Part shown: positions 8,590 to 18,811 of the stretch, in pieces
Layout: each line of letters starts with the position of its first letter
How positions within the stretch are numbered: the stretch's first letter is position 1
Notes under the pieces: model-generated
What the model saw: the letters and a program-made list of their open reading frames with translations, nothing else
The model's database searches: none
What the model was told of the DNA's origin: nothing
Source: an uncultured archaeon
GTDB taxonomy: Archaea > Thermoproteota > Nitrososphaeria > Nitrososphaerales > Gagatemarchaeaceae
DNA length: 64,000 bases
Assembly (NCBI GenBank): GCA_963799775.1
Contig: CAWCYD010000003.1
Coordinates: 1,664,001 to 1,728,000 of the forward strand
Direction of reading: 5' to 3'
Program-made: the position numbers and the translations under genes

Positions 8590-8961
8590 CTAGTTTCCGC
8601 CGTTATGATGGCGACTGTGATGGTCGTAGTTCGCTGCGTGCGAACCGCGTCTTTGGAGGGTGAAGAGCAATGCGGCACCGAGACCGACCATCGCGAGACC
8701 GACGAGGCCCCATGCGGCACCTGGATTGATTACCTCGCTCAGGTAAGTGACTAGGCCGATGAGCGAGAAGATGACCCCCGCGGAGACCGCCACCGCCCCC
8801 AGGAGGCCGATGGCCATCGCCTTGACGGCCCTTCGGACGGTCTTGTCGACGAAGACCTCCACGTCGCGCTTCAGGACGTCCGCGTAGTCGTCGACGCCTT
8901 CCTTCACGTGGTCAAACACTTGGTCTACGATTTGTTGGACGGCCTTGGAGACGAACGACAA
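8590..8961 (-). CDS. YqjE/phage-holin-like membrane protein
   Basis: Amphipathic N-terminus plus two TM helices; follows an ElaB-like gene. Confidence 0.6.
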   Translation of the reverse strand: MSFVSKAVQQIVDQVFDHVKEGVDDYADVLKRDVEVFVDKTVRRAVKAMAIGLLGAVAVSAGVIFSLIGLVTYLSEVINPGAAWGLVGLAMVGLGAALLFTLQRRGSHAANYDHHSRHHNGGN

Positions 8962-8969
8962 CCGTCAGA

Positions 8970-9296
8970 CTACTCTTTGCTCTTTCGCCCAAGGATTACG
9001 CCTAGAATGACACCTGCGAGCACTCCTGTTCCGAGCGCATATCCTACCGCGGTCAGAGGCTTCTCCCGGATGGCGTCCCTGCCCGGCTCGACGTACTCGT
9101 CAATATGCTTGAGCAGGTCTGAAAGCCTCTCCTCGAGCTCGCTCTTGAGAACGTCAAGCGACTCCTCGGCGCTGGCCATCCCCTTTCCACTCCCAATCTC
9201 TGTTTGAATGTCATGTATTCGGCGCTCAAAGTCCTTCTTCAGGCCTTTGACGGCATCGTCTAGTGACTGCTCCTTTCCATTGGTTCTTGATGCCAA
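8970..9296 (-). CDS. ElaB/YqjD (DUF883)-like tail-anchored protein
   Basis: Coiled N-terminus and IREKPLTAVGYALGTGVLAGVILG..RK C-terminal motif. Confidence 0.75.
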   Translation of the reverse strand: MASRTNGKEQSLDDAVKGLKKDFERRIHDIQTEIGSGKGMASAEESLDVLKSELEERLSDLLKHIDEYVEPGRDAIREKPLTAVGYALGTGVLAGVILGVILGRKSKE

Positions 9297-9526
9297 GATT
9301 CTTCGATAGGAAGAGCGTGCGGTTCGTATTTAATGGTGACAGGACATTCTTCTGGTCGAGTCATCCATAGCGACTCTTGGCTCGGCCGTTCTGCCCCGAT
9401 CAGACGCTCAGCTCCCCAGATGATTGCTGGATGCGAGTGGTCGTATCCGGGCGTTCGGGCTACATTCTACGTCGGTTCAAGAGCAGACTCCATATCATCG
9501 ATTCATAGCATGCTTGGGATACTCTA

Positions 9527-10363
9527 TTGGGTCTGAATCCATCCACTATATCGATGTCTATGTTCCCGAAGGCTCCTAGTGTAAAACGCGCCCTTGATGT
9601 ATTCGTGATGTTTGTTCTGCTGGCTTTCGCCGTGGCGATAATCCCTCTGAGCGCCGCGCATGCCCAGACGCAGCCCAGCGTTACGGTAAACTCCACCGAC
9701 ATGAACTCCAATCCGATCACAGGCTACTATGTCGTCCTGTCCGGTTCGGGCGGGAATCAGGCGGCGACAGGATTCACTCCGACGAATTTTAGCGTCATCG
9801 CTGGAGCCTCATATAGCGTCCAGGCGGACAGCTACGGGAATTGCACTTTCAATCACTGGTCCGGTGGAGTGAAGAACAACCCCATGTCGTTCACCGCGAC
9901 AAGTGGGACCACTTCGTTCACTGCGGCGTACAACTGCAACAGCACCGGTAGCGGAGGAGGAGGCGGCAGCGCGACCACAGGCGAGAGCGGCGCAGGACTG
10001 GGGACCATAACCATCTACGATCACAGGGCCCCCCAGTCTGACTGGGCGTCCTGCTTCGCGACGGTGTGCAACGCCGGCACGGGCCCGGGAGCGGCCATGT
10101 GGGTGACGCTCTATGACTCGTCCGGGTCAGTGGTGGCAACTGGGTTCTCCAACGAGAACGGGCTCACGTTCTCCGGGCTCAACCCCTCTGCTACGTACTA
10201 CCTCTATCCGGCGGACTGCGACCAATGCCACACCTCTACGCACGACGTGTTGTTCAACAACTGGGGCACTGGGAGCGACAACACCAGGCCGTTGGCCGTG
10301 GTTGCCAACGGGAGCTTCGTGGATGCCTGGTATATCTGCACGAACGGCTGCGGCGGCGTCTAG
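9527..10363 (+). CDS. Secreted Cys-containing protein with two beta-sandwich repeats
   Basis: Signal peptide ending AHA; VTVNSTDMNSNPITGYY...YGNCTFNHWS repeat also present in 28698-30251. True start probably near 9554-9560. Confidence 0.7.
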   Translation: MGLNPSTISMSMFPKAPSVKRALDVFVMFVLLAFAVAIIPLSAAHAQTQPSVTVNSTDMNSNPITGYYVVLSGSGGNQAATGFTPTNFSVIAGASYSVQADSYGNCTFNHWSGGVKNNPMSFTATSGTTSFTAAYNCNSTGSGGGGGSATTGESGAGLGTITIYDHRAPQSDWASCFATVCNAGTGPGAAMWVTLYDSSGSVVATGFSNENGLTFSGLNPSATYYLYPADCDQCHTSTHDVLFNNWGTGSDNTRPLAVVANGSFVDAWYICTNGCGGV

Positions 10364-10480
10364 ACACGAGCCGGCATGCCTGACTTCTGTTTCAGGTCGT
10401 CGCCACACGCGGGACGCGACCAAGCCTTGGCCTACGCGTGAGCGGGCAGCTCTCCGACATTAAATAACGAAAGAATCTGA

Positions 10481-10918
10481 GTGACTCCGGACGCCAGCAG
10501 GATATTCGGGGACGCCGCTCGTGCAGAAGCTCGGAATCAAGCAAGGAGACGTGCTCGCTATTCTCCATGCCCCTCAAGGTTACGATGCGGTCTTGGGGGA
10601 GCTCCCGGAAGATGTGACCGTGATTCGAGAGACGAAGGTCTCGTCGACGTCATCCAGCTCTTCGCGAGAAGCGAGGCGGATTTGAAAAGAGAATTCGCAG
10701 AGGCAAAGGCCAGCCTCAAGCAAGCCGGGATGGTCTGGGTATGCTGGCCGAAGAAGTCGTCGAAGATGCAGACCGACCTGAGCGACAATGTGGTGAGAAA
10801 GATCGGGTTGGCGGGCGGGTTGGTCGACGTCAAGGTCTGCGCCATCGACGAGGACTGGTCTGGTCTGAAATTTGTAAGAAGAACGAAAGATAGACGTGCT
10901 TCTTCTATCGGTGCTTAA
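10481..10918 (+). CDS. DUF3052-family protein (frameshift)
   Basis: AGYSGTPLVQKLGIK in an alternative frame; WVCWPKKSS...GLVDVKVCAIDEDWSGLKFV. Confidence 0.8.
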   Translation: MTPDASRIFGDAARAEARNQARRRARYSPCPSRLRCGLGGAPGRCDRDSRDEGLVDVIQLFARSEADLKREFAEAKASLKQAGMVWVCWPKKSSKMQTDLSDNVVRKIGLAGGLVDVKVCAIDEDWSGLKFVRRTKDRRASSIGA

Positions 10919-10942
10919 TTATCGGGCGCGCCCTCTTGGTCG

Positions 10943-11281
10943 ATGAGCCGACCCGACCCGGGCAAGCCCCTCGTCACAATCTCCGTCTTCCTGTTCGGGA
11001 AGCCGGCGTGGGAGATCGACGGTCTGGAGGGGTCACCGGTGGACCTCCAGCTCTTGAGCGCGATAGCGATGTGTGGGGAGGAGCTCGGCAAGAGGCTGGC
11101 GAGGGCAGCCGAGCTGGGTAGGAGGCTCGTGGCGAACGGCTGGGAGGGCTACGGCCTCCTCTACGCACTGGAGTTCTACAAGACGGTGGCTCTGAAGGAC
11201 GCTGAGGACGAGTTGCGCGCCATGCGCATAGAGCCGGACGAGGTCTCCCTCAGGGAGGAGGTCGAGGAGCCGGAAGACTAG
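10943..11281 (+). CDS. Hypothetical protein
   Basis: 112-aa ORF with host-like codon usage and acidic tail. Confidence 0.6.
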   Translation: MSRPDPGKPLVTISVFLFGKPAWEIDGLEGSPVDLQLLSAIAMCGEELGKRLARAAELGRRLVANGWEGYGLLYALEFYKTVALKDAEDELRAMRIEPDEVSLREEVEEPED

Positions 11282-11844
11282 GACTTCGCCGGCTGCGGGA
11301 TCTTGTTGAACTCCCTCCTCATCTTTGCAAGGTCGCCTGACTTTGTGCTGAACGCGAGCTCGGTCGCGAGTGTGGCAAGGAAGAACAGGAGGCCCAGCAC
11401 GACGGCAGGAAGCCTGAAGCCCCCCGCCACGAAGACGTAGAGAAGCTCGACCCCGACCAAGGCGTTGCTGACAATCACCCCGGCCCCGAAGATGTACCCT
11501 CTCTTGCGAGCTGGCAGCGCAGCCATCTCTTCTTTCCTCAACTTCGTGCCTATGGTAGGGACGAGTCCCCCGATCGTGCTCATGGGCTTCATCTTGAGCT
11601 TGCGGAAATCGCTCCTACCCACGAAGAAGTACTCTGTCCGGACACCCGCGGCTCGAGCCACGAAGAGGTGTCCCAGCGGGTGGCTGGAGAAGAAGATCAG
11701 CCCCATCGCCACGAGCATGAGCAAGGCTTGGATGATCGCATTGCCCGACCGGCTTGCTAAGATGAGTAGGAGCGCGGAGAGAATGGCAGCGATGAGCAGC
11801 ACTGACGACGCGACCGCAGGGCCGAGCCTGGTCGCATGCTTCAT
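11278..11844 (-). CDS. Membrane protein, distantly M50-peptidase-like
   Basis: Four TM helices; HPLGH where HExxH would be expected; C-terminal SGD. Confidence 0.55.
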   Translation of the reverse strand: MKHATRLGPAVASSVLLIAAILSALLLILASRSGNAIIQALLMLVAMGLIFFSSHPLGHLFVARAAGVRTEYFFVGRSDFRKLKMKPMSTIGGLVPTIGTKLRKEEMAALPARKRGYIFGAGVIVSNALVGVELLYVFVAGGFRLPAVVLGLLFFLATLATELAFSTKSGDLAKMRREFNKIPQPAKS

Positions 11845-11896
11845 TTGGTGGACCCTTACGAATCGTTTGAATAACTAGCGCCTAAAAGGGTTCCAG

Positions 11897-12895
11897 ATGG
11901 GGAAAGGCCGCGCCGTCCTCCTCGTGGCGCAGAGCTTCAACAAGAGGGAGGAACTGGACCCGTTGAAGCGCTACGCGGACATCTATTGGCTCGAGGACTT
12001 AGGCCCCGAGGAGAAGGGGCGAGTCCTGCCTCTGGTGGACGCGGTCTACTCGCACGGGTGGCCCAAGGCCTTCGACCCTGGGACGGTCTCCAAGATGAAG
12101 CGCCTGCGTTTCATCCAAGCTGGGAACGCAGGAGTGAACACCTTCCGCTTCGACCTGCTCGACAAGAGAGTCATGATCTGCAGTAACGCCGGGAGCTACT
12201 CTGACGAGGTCGCCGAGTTCGCGATAGGCTTCATGCTCGCGGCGGGAAAGAGCATACTGGTCTTCGACAGGCAGCTCAGGGCTGGGGCCTAGGCGCGCAA
12301 GAGGCTGGACGACCTCGGGCGCGAGGTGGCGTACTTCAGAGGGAAGGTAATCGGGATAGTGGGGTATGGAGGGATAGGCAAGTCGACGGCGAGGATAGCC
12401 AAATCCCTCGGCATGGATGTGCTGGCGTTCGGGCGGCACACGGTCAAGGAGAAAGGAGTGAAGTCCCTCTCGGGAAAGGACGGCCTGGCGAAGCTTCTCA
12501 GGGAGTCGGACGTGGTGGTCCTTGCCGTCCCGTTGACAAAGGAGACGAGGGGCATGATCGGGAAGGAGCAGCTTGCGATGATGAAGCCGAGGGCGATATT
12601 GGTGAACGTCGCGCGAGGGGAGGTCGTCCAGAAGGAAGCCGTCTACGAGCACCTCGTGAGGAACCCGGGCTTCTTCTACGCGACGGATGTCTGGTGGCCG
12701 GACAAGGACGGGTTCGAGACCTTCTCGCCAGACCTCCCTTTTCTCGAGCTCGAGAACTTCGCCGGTTCCCCTCACGCCTCCGGCCCGAGCGCCATACTCA
12801 GTGGCGGAGTGGCGAAGGGGGTGGTGGAGAACCTGACGAGACACTTCAAGGGCCTGCCGCCGAAGAACGTCGTGGACAGGTCCGAGTACGTCTAG
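11897..12895 (+). CDS. D-isomer-specific 2-hydroxyacid dehydrogenase, interrupted by an in-frame TAG at 12290-12292
   Basis: GIVGYGGIG, VPLTKETRGMI, NVARG, DVW and SPH motifs; both ORF halves are in the same frame. Confidence 0.85.
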
Positions 12896-12901
12896 CTCGC
12901 G

Positions 12902-13069
12902 TCAGTAGCCGATCTCGGAGCTCGGCCTAAGGTGCCGCATCGACTTCACCCTGCCACACTTCTTGCATCTGTAGACTCCTCTACCCCTGGGGTTGTAGTC
13001 GCGACCGTCGACGACGGCCTCGTGCTCGGTCCTCATCATGCACTTCTCGCAATACCTGTACTCGGGCAA
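12902..13069 (-). CDS. 55-aa zinc-ribbon microprotein (not in the ORF track)
   Basis: MPEYRYCEKCMMRTEHEAVVDGRDYNPRGRGVYRCKKCGRVKSMRHLRPSSEIGY; TTG start; TATA-like TTATATA upstream near 13100. Confidence 0.7.
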   Translation of the reverse strand: MPEYRYCEKCMMRTEHEAVVDGRDYNPRGRGVYRCKKCGRVKSMRHLRPSSEIGY

Positions 13070-13130
13070 CCTTTTCTACAGGAAATTTGCGCGCCACGCT
13101 ATATAAGAAACCGGCGGTTGCTAGAAGGAG

Positions 13131-13385
13131 ATGCCCTTCGACCTGGTCCTCGTCGGGATCGCGATAATCGTCGCCGGGTTCTTCGTCGTCTTCCTGGCGA
13201 CTTTCGCAGGCGCCTCGTCCGAAGAGGGAGAGAGACGAGGTAACGTGAAGGGAGGGGGCGTGATTTTGATTGGTCCTATCCCCATCGTCTTCGGGTCAGA
13301 CGCCAGATGGGCCAGCGTCGCTATCGTCCTTGCGATATTGCTCATCGTGGTCGTGCTCTTCTCCGGAGTCTTGACCGGGCGATGA
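13131..13385 (+). CDS. DUF131 (TIGR00304) membrane protein
   Basis: VKGGGVILIGPIPIVFGSD signature. Confidence 0.85.
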   Translation: MPFDLVLVGIAIIVAGFFVVFLATFAGASSEEGERRGNVKGGGVILIGPIPIVFGSDARWASVAIVLAILLIVVVLFSGVLTGR

Positions 13386-13663
13386 ACGGCCCGAGACTGA
13401 TGCTACTCGGGATGGGTATGATCTTCATCGGATTCGTCGTGGTATTGATCGGGGCCTTGAGCGGCGGTGGCTCCACCTCGACGGGTGGCTTCATACTCAT
13501 CGGGCCGATCCCGATATTCTTCGGTAGTGGCCAGAACTCGGGTGACCTCGCCACTCTTGGGCTTGTGGTCACGGTCGTGATGGTCGTGGTATATCTCGTC
13601 GCCTTCTTGGCTTGGAGGTCGGGAAGGAGGCGGGAGGCACAGTCTGGAGAAAGATCCGGGTAG
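13382..13663 (+). CDS. DUF131 membrane protein, tandem paralogue
   Basis: GGFILIGPIPIFFGSG; ATG at 13382 overlaps the previous stop. Confidence 0.8.
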   Translation: MNGPRLMLLGMGMIFIGFVVVLIGALSGGGSTSTGGFILIGPIPIFFGSGQNSGDLATLGLVVTVVMVVVYLVAFLAWRSGRRREAQSGERSG

Positions 13664-13703
13664 CGTTACCTCTTGGTCGGATGCCTCGTCCTTGGTAGGG
13701 TTG

Positions 13704-13919
13704 CTACTTTTCGTCGGAAGCCCTTGATAGGATGCTCTCGACCTTCTTCAATGCCTCTGAAACATCCTGCGCGGGACCGTAAGAAGTCACCCCGTCCCAG
13801 GTAGCACTCGTGAACAGTTTCGACAACCCAGCGCCCGCCGAGCCCCAAGCACGGCCTTTCATGTGCAATTCGTCTAGGACGTTCCGCACCTGGCCAAGCG
13901 ATTCTTCGTCGAGCTTCAT
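13704..13919 (-). CDS. Hypothetical protein
   Basis: 71-aa ORF with upstream TTAATA. Confidence 0.4.
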   Translation of the reverse strand: MKLDEESLGQVRNVLDELHMKGRAWGSAGAGLSKLFTSATWDGVTSYGPAQDVSEALKKVESILSRASDEK

Positions 13920-14094
13920 GCTGGATTTGCTCGCCCTCGTTCTCTATTAACGTTCGGCCGACTTGCGGCCGCCTTCTAGATGATAGTTAGCCACAATCCA
14001 GATGGCGAGCCAGCCGACGAACCTTGACAACTAAGACTCGACACTACCATGTTGCAGAATCCCTAAATATCACCTGCCGTGGTCCAGGTTCAAG

Positions 14095-14472
14095 ATGCAG
14101 AAGATAATGCCGATAGTGACTTTCACTCCGCTCGCCAAGCAGAAGCTCTCCGAGGTTTTGAAGGAGCAGGACCAAAGCGGCTCTTTCCTTAGGATAGACG
14201 TGTATGCGTCTGGTGGATGCGCGTGCAGCGGCGGCTATGCTTACGGGATGCAGCTCGCAGACAAGCCCAGGACCAACGATATCGTCGAGGATGTTGAGAC
14301 CTTCAAGGTCGTGACGGACAAGAACAACGCCGACATCCTGAGGGGCTCGAAGATCGACTTCATCGAGACCTTACAGAGGCAAGGCTTCAAGATCGAGAAC
14401 CCGAACGTCCAAGGTCAGGGTTGTGGGTGTGGAGGCGGTGCCGATGAGCACAGCGGCCACTCTCACCAGTAG
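14095..14472 (+). CDS. HesB/IscA/ErpA Fe-S carrier protein
   Basis: GGCACSG...IDF...GFKIENPN...CGCG. Confidence 0.9.
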   Translation: MQKIMPIVTFTPLAKQKLSEVLKEQDQSGSFLRIDVYASGGCACSGGYAYGMQLADKPRTNDIVEDVETFKVVTDKNNADILRGSKIDFIETLQRQGFKIENPNVQGQGCGCGGGADEHSGHSHQ

Positions 14473-14555
14473 ATCATCTCGTCGCTGATTCTCAGCTGCT
14501 TCTTCGCGCCTAGAAAGCATGGCGCATTCAACCCCTCTTGCCTAGCGGCTGCCTG

Positions 14556-15866
14556 TCACTTGCGTTCGCCGACGAGCGCACGAAGGTCCAGGATCTTGTC
14601 GATCTCCCTCTCGGTGTACCCGAGCTGCTTCAGGCCGTCCCTTATCGAGAGGCCACGTGCGAGCCTCTTCCCGACCTTCGCCGCCTTGTCGTAGCCTATC
14701 TCTGGGCTTATGGCGGTTATGAGCGCAGGGCTGCTCTCCGCGAAAGCCTTGTTCCTCTTGACGTTGGGGACGATGTTGTCTACGACGACGGACGAGAGCC
14801 TCCTCAGGGCCTCTGCTAGGAGAGAGATCTGTGTTGCCACGTTGTAGCCTACCAGCGGGATGCCCATGCTGAGCTCGAACTCCCCGAGCATCCCCGCCCT
14901 CTGGTTCGCAGCGTCGAGGCCCATCACCTGGACCGCGACGAGCATCGCCGCCTCGACGGTCACGGGGTTGGTCTTCCCAGGCATTATGCTGCTTCCCGCC
15001 ACTTCCTCCTGCGTGGGTATCTCCACCTCATTGAGGCCCGTCGCCGGACCCGAGAACATCAGCCTGATGTCCTGGCAGAGCCGGTAGACGTCGAGGGCGG
15101 TCAGGCTCAGGACCGAGCTCAGCGCGACCAGGTCGGAGAGCAGCCTCATGGCCCGGAACCTGCTCCTCGCTTCGGAGAAGCCGAGCTTTGTGGCGCTGTT
15201 TATCCCGCGAATCACGGCAGCCCCGAACCTGGGGTTGGTGTTCATGCCCGTGCCCACCGCTGTGCCCCCAATGGGCAGCTCCTTCGCGTAGGTCAGGACG
15301 CTCCTGAGGAGCTGCACGTCGTGGTCGAGCGCGTCGGAGTAGGCGGCGAACTCCTGGCCCATCGTCAACGGCAGCGCGTCCCTGAGATGGGTGCGCCCCG
15401 CCTTGTAGACCTTCGACGTCCGCTCCGCCAGGTTCGAGAGGCTCCTGGACGCCTTCGCCGTTGCCGGTGCGAGGTCTTGCGTGGAGAGGGCGACAGCGCA
15501 GATCCTGATCGCCGAAGGCCCGACGTCGTTCGAGGACTGTCCCAAGTTGACGTGGTCGTTCGCGTGGACCGCCCTCCCGAGGATCTCGCTCGCCCTCTCG
15601 GCGATTATCTCGTTCACGTTCATGTTCAGCCCTGTACCCGAGCCCGTCTGAAAGACGTCGACGATGACCTTGGGATCGTGCTTCCCCTTCATCACCTCGT
15701 CGGAGGCTTGCACTATCGCCGAGGCGATCCTTGGTTCGAGGGTCCCCAAGGAGGAGTTGGCTTTGGCCGCCTCCCGCTTGATGAGGGCCACGGACCAGAT
15801 GAGCTTGCGAGGGAAGCGCGTCCCGGTGTCCATGAACACCTTCTTCGCACCCTCGACGTATCTCAT
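14556..15866 (-). CDS. fumC: Class II fumarate hydratase
   Basis: [20 protein letters not shown] and [11 protein letters not shown] signatures. Confidence 0.9.
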   Translation of the reverse strand: MRYVEGAKKVFMDTGTRFPRKLIWSVALIKREAAKANSSLGTLEPRIASAIVQASDEVMKGKHDPKVIVDVFQTGSGTGLNMNVNEIIAERASEILGRAVHANDHVNLGQSSNDVGPSAIRICAVALSTQDLAPATAKASRSLSNLAERTSKVYKAGRTHLRDALPLTMGQEFAAYSDALDHDVQLLRSVLTYAKELPIGGTAVGTGMNTNPRFGAAVIRGINSATKLGFSEARSRFRAMRLLSDLVALSSVLSLTALDVYRLCQDIRLMFSGPATGLNEVEIPTQEEVAGSSIMPGKTNPVTVEAAMLVAVQVMGLDAANQRAGMLGEFELSMGIPLVGYNVATQISLLAEALRRLSSVVVDNIVPNVKRNKAFAESSPALITAISPEIGYDKAAKVGKRLARGLSIRDGLKQLGYTEREIDKILDLRALVGERK

Positions 15867-15920
15867 GTGAGAGTGCTTTTGGAGGCCGGGTGCCTCTCTT
15901 AAGGATTCGAGCGGCCCGGT

Positions 15921-16419
15921 CTATCGCCTTTGCCGGACGCCTATCTTCTCGATGAGTCTGCCGAGCTCCGAGTCGTCCACCGCTTCCACCCTGAGGTAGC
16001 GGAGTATCTCGTCCTCGGTCATCTGGAGCCGTTTCGCTTCGTCCACGGTGTATCGGTATGCCTCTATCTCGGTGGGCCGGTCCACGTACTCGAACGTCTG
16101 GTCGAAAAGGTCCATTCCCGTCAAGGAACTGCTTCACGTGGACGAGCACATGGATGACGTCGAGGTATAGGCAGTTGATCTTCGCAGTCACGAGGTACTT
16201 CGCGCCGACGCAGACCGCGCCGGTGTTGTGGTCGAGCCAGATTCCCCAGTCGGAGTCGATTATGCTGACCTTGAGGTGCCTCACTATCTTGGACATGTCC
16301 CGTTGCGAACCGAAGAGCCTAAGTAATGTGGGAGAGTTCTCGGCGCCGATGAATATCTGCGTGAACTTGTACTCCCCAAGTTTCACGTTGCGCCGCGCCT
16401 TGAATATCTTCGGAGCCAA
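15921..16419 (-). CDS. Hypothetical protein, zincin-like (frameshift near 16120)
   Basis: YLDVIHVLVHVKQF then YVDRPTEIEAY after the shift; HExxH is degenerate. Confidence 0.55.
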
Positions 16420-16518
16420 TCCGGTTCACAAAACGGGCAGAACAATCAAAAGGCGGGAACTCAACTTGTCTTCACTTTCTGCGGCCAATTTTGCAACTCT
16501 GACATCTGCGAGAGGTCG

Positions 16519-17832
16519 TTGGATGGATTGACGGTAACCTCGACGAGTGGGATCCGCGGAATCTTCAACTCTGACCTCCTTCCCTCAGACATGGCCGAAT
16601 ACGCGCGGAGATTCGTCCGGGTGGTCGGGGCAAACGAGGTGCTGATAGGCAGGGACACTCGTGCTACGGGCCCTGTCGCCTCACGGGCGGTGACGAGCGC
16701 TGTCCTAGAGGCAGGCGCTGACGTGGTCGACTATGGAGTGCTCTCCACCCCTGCAATCTTCCGGGAGAGCAGAAGGAGGGGGAGACCTGCGCTGATAGTC
16801 ACATCCTCGCACAACGAGCCAGAGTGGAACGGCCTCAAGTTCGTCATCGACGGGCGGGGGATCAATCAGGACGAGTTCGACCAGGTCTTACAGAAGGCGA
16901 AGAAGGAGACCAAGCCCACCGCGCCGGGACAGGCAATTCCAGCGGAGGGATTCTCATACAACTCCGAGTTGATAGAGATGGCCGGGCCTGGGTCAGCGGC
17001 AGGAGTGAGAGTCGTTCTGGACCTGAACGGGAGCGCGGCCATCAAGCACGCCCCTGAGATCCTCAAGGGGCTGGGGTGCAAGGTCTCGACCCTCGGCGAC
17101 ACGATGGGGTTCTTCTCACGCGCCATCGACCCGACGAACGACCCGCTGGAGGTCCTCTGCAAGACTGTCAAGAAGGAAGGAGCTGACGTCGGCTTCGCCT
17201 TCGACTGCGACGGGGACAGGCTCGCTCTGGTCGACAACGAGGGCAAGGCCAGGACCGGGGACTACATGCTCACTCTCGCGATCAAGGAATTGCTCCAGAC
17301 CGTCCCTCGAAAGGATGTCGTGGTCTCGGTGGACACCACGCAAGCTGTCGACGATGTGGTGAAAGAAGCAGGGGGCCAGGTCTTTAGGGCTATGGTGGGC
17401 GAGAGGAACGTGACCGGCCTCATGGCTCAGAAAGGGGTGAGGTTCGGAGGAGAGGGTAGCAGCGCCGGAGTGATCGATGCGAGCTTCAACAACTGCAGGG
17501 ACTCCATGATCGCGGCCGCCGTGATCGTTGGGGCGCTGAAACGGAGAGGGACGAAGATATACGACCAGGTGCGGTCGTATCACATCGCCCGCGAGAAGAT
17601 GGACTTTCCGCGGAAGAAGGCGTTGCATGCGATCAAGAAGCTCCAGAAGGAGAACCCCAACGCGGACATGTTGGACGGGCTGAAGATCAGGACCTCGGCG
17701 TCGTCATGGGTGCTGGTGCGTGCCTCTAACACAGAAGACATCGTGCGCGTCTCCGCGGAGGCGTCGAGCATGAAGGAGGCAGTGCGGCTCGCGCACGCCT
17801 ACATCCTGAAGGTCAAGCGCGCCGGTGCCTGA
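16519..17832 (+). CDS. Phosphohexomutase (PMM/PGM/GlmM family)
   Basis: TSGIRG, TSSHNEPEWNGLK, DCDGDR and RASNTE motifs. Confidence 0.9.
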   Translation: MDGLTVTSTSGIRGIFNSDLLPSDMAEYARRFVRVVGANEVLIGRDTRATGPVASRAVTSAVLEAGADVVDYGVLSTPAIFRESRRRGRPALIVTSSHNEPEWNGLKFVIDGRGINQDEFDQVLQKAKKETKPTAPGQAIPAEGFSYNSELIEMAGPGSAAGVRVVLDLNGSAAIKHAPEILKGLGCKVSTLGDTMGFFSRAIDPTNDPLEVLCKTVKKEGADVGFAFDCDGDRLALVDNEGKARTGDYMLTLAIKELLQTVPRKDVVVSVDTTQAVDDVVKEAGGQVFRAMVGERNVTGLMAQKGVRFGGEGSSAGVIDASFNNCRDSMIAAAVIVGALKRRGTKIYDQVRSYHIAREKMDFPRKKALHAIKKLQKENPNADMLDGLKIRTSASSWVLVRASNTEDIVRVSAEASSMKEAVRLAHAYILKVKRAGA

Positions 17833-18808
17833 CCAGATGCTGGACGAGTATGACATCATCGAGCTGATCACGAAGCGCGCAGGCGCGCTCCCTGAAGGGT
17901 ATCTGCCCATAGGGGACGACGTGGCGATGATCCCTCCGGGGAAGAAGGGAGAGGGCGTCGTCCTAAAGTGCGACATGCTCGTAGGGAGGACCGACGTCCC
18001 GCCCGGAATGAAGTGGCGGAAGGTCTCCAGAAAGGCGGTCGCGATGTGCGTCTCCGATTTCGCGGCGAAGGGCGTCCGCCCAGTGGCCTTCATGGTCTCC
18101 CTCGGGGCCCCGAGGAGGACACCCAAGGGCAAAATCGACCAGCTGGGAGCCGGCCTGGCAGACGCCTCCAGGGAATGGAGCGTGAGGCTTGTGGGAGGCG
18201 ACACCGGCGAGGCGGACGACCTGATCATCGACTGCATGATGGTGGGTTTCGCAAGCTCTGTGGTAAGGAGGAGCGGCGCGCGCCCCGGTCAGCTCGTCGT
18301 GACGACGGGGACCTACGGCAAGACCACGGCGGGCCTGCGGATACTCCTCGGTGGCGCGAAGGCGGACGCCTCGTTCAGGCTCAAGGCGCTCTCTTCCGTC
18401 TACGACCCGAGGCCAAGGCTGGATGTCGGCGTAGCCGTCTCGAGGTATCTCTCGTCGGCGGTCGACTCGAGCGACGGCTTGGCGATATGCCTCCACTTGA
18501 TCTCGGAGATGAGCGGGGTCGGGATAAGGCTGACCGACATCCCATATCCTGAGGGGCTCGAGGAGTTCGCTTCCAGCAACCGCTACTCTGCCGAGGAGCT
18601 CGCGCTCTATGGGGGCGAGGAGTACGAGATAGTGGGGACGGTCGACAGGCCCCGGCTAGACGAGGCCAAGGCGGTGGCCCGCGCCAACGGCTGCGAGCTT
18701 CGCGTGATCGGCGAGACGGTCGCGGCCTCGAGGCTCAAGGGAGTCGCCTTCCGCGACGGAAGAAAGGTTAGGAGAGACGGCTGGATACACTTTCGCAGCA
18801 AGCCGTAG
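17825..18808 (+). CDS. thiL: Thiamine-monophosphate kinase
   Basis: IGDDVA, SDFAAKG, LVGGDT, DSSDGL and GGEEYE motifs. Confidence 0.92.
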   Translation: MPDQMLDEYDIIELITKRAGALPEGYLPIGDDVAMIPPGKKGEGVVLKCDMLVGRTDVPPGMKWRKVSRKAVAMCVSDFAAKGVRPVAFMVSLGAPRRTPKGKIDQLGAGLADASREWSVRLVGGDTGEADDLIIDCMMVGFASSVVRRSGARPGQLVVTTGTYGKTTAGLRILLGGAKADASFRLKALSSVYDPRPRLDVGVAVSRYLSSAVDSSDGLAICLHLISEMSGVGIRLTDIPYPEGLEEFASSNRYSAEELALYGGEEYEIVGTVDRPRLDEAKAVARANGCELRVIGETVAASRLKGVAFRDGRKVRRDGWIHFRSKP

Positions 18809-18811
18809 GGG

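Noticed and set aside
15028-16419. 463-aa ORF overlapping fumC, the 548-aa fusions at 33365-35011 and 36358-38010, and the many antisense ORFs
   Set aside because: These are frameshift read-through artefacts or shadow ORFs typical of high-GC coding DNA.
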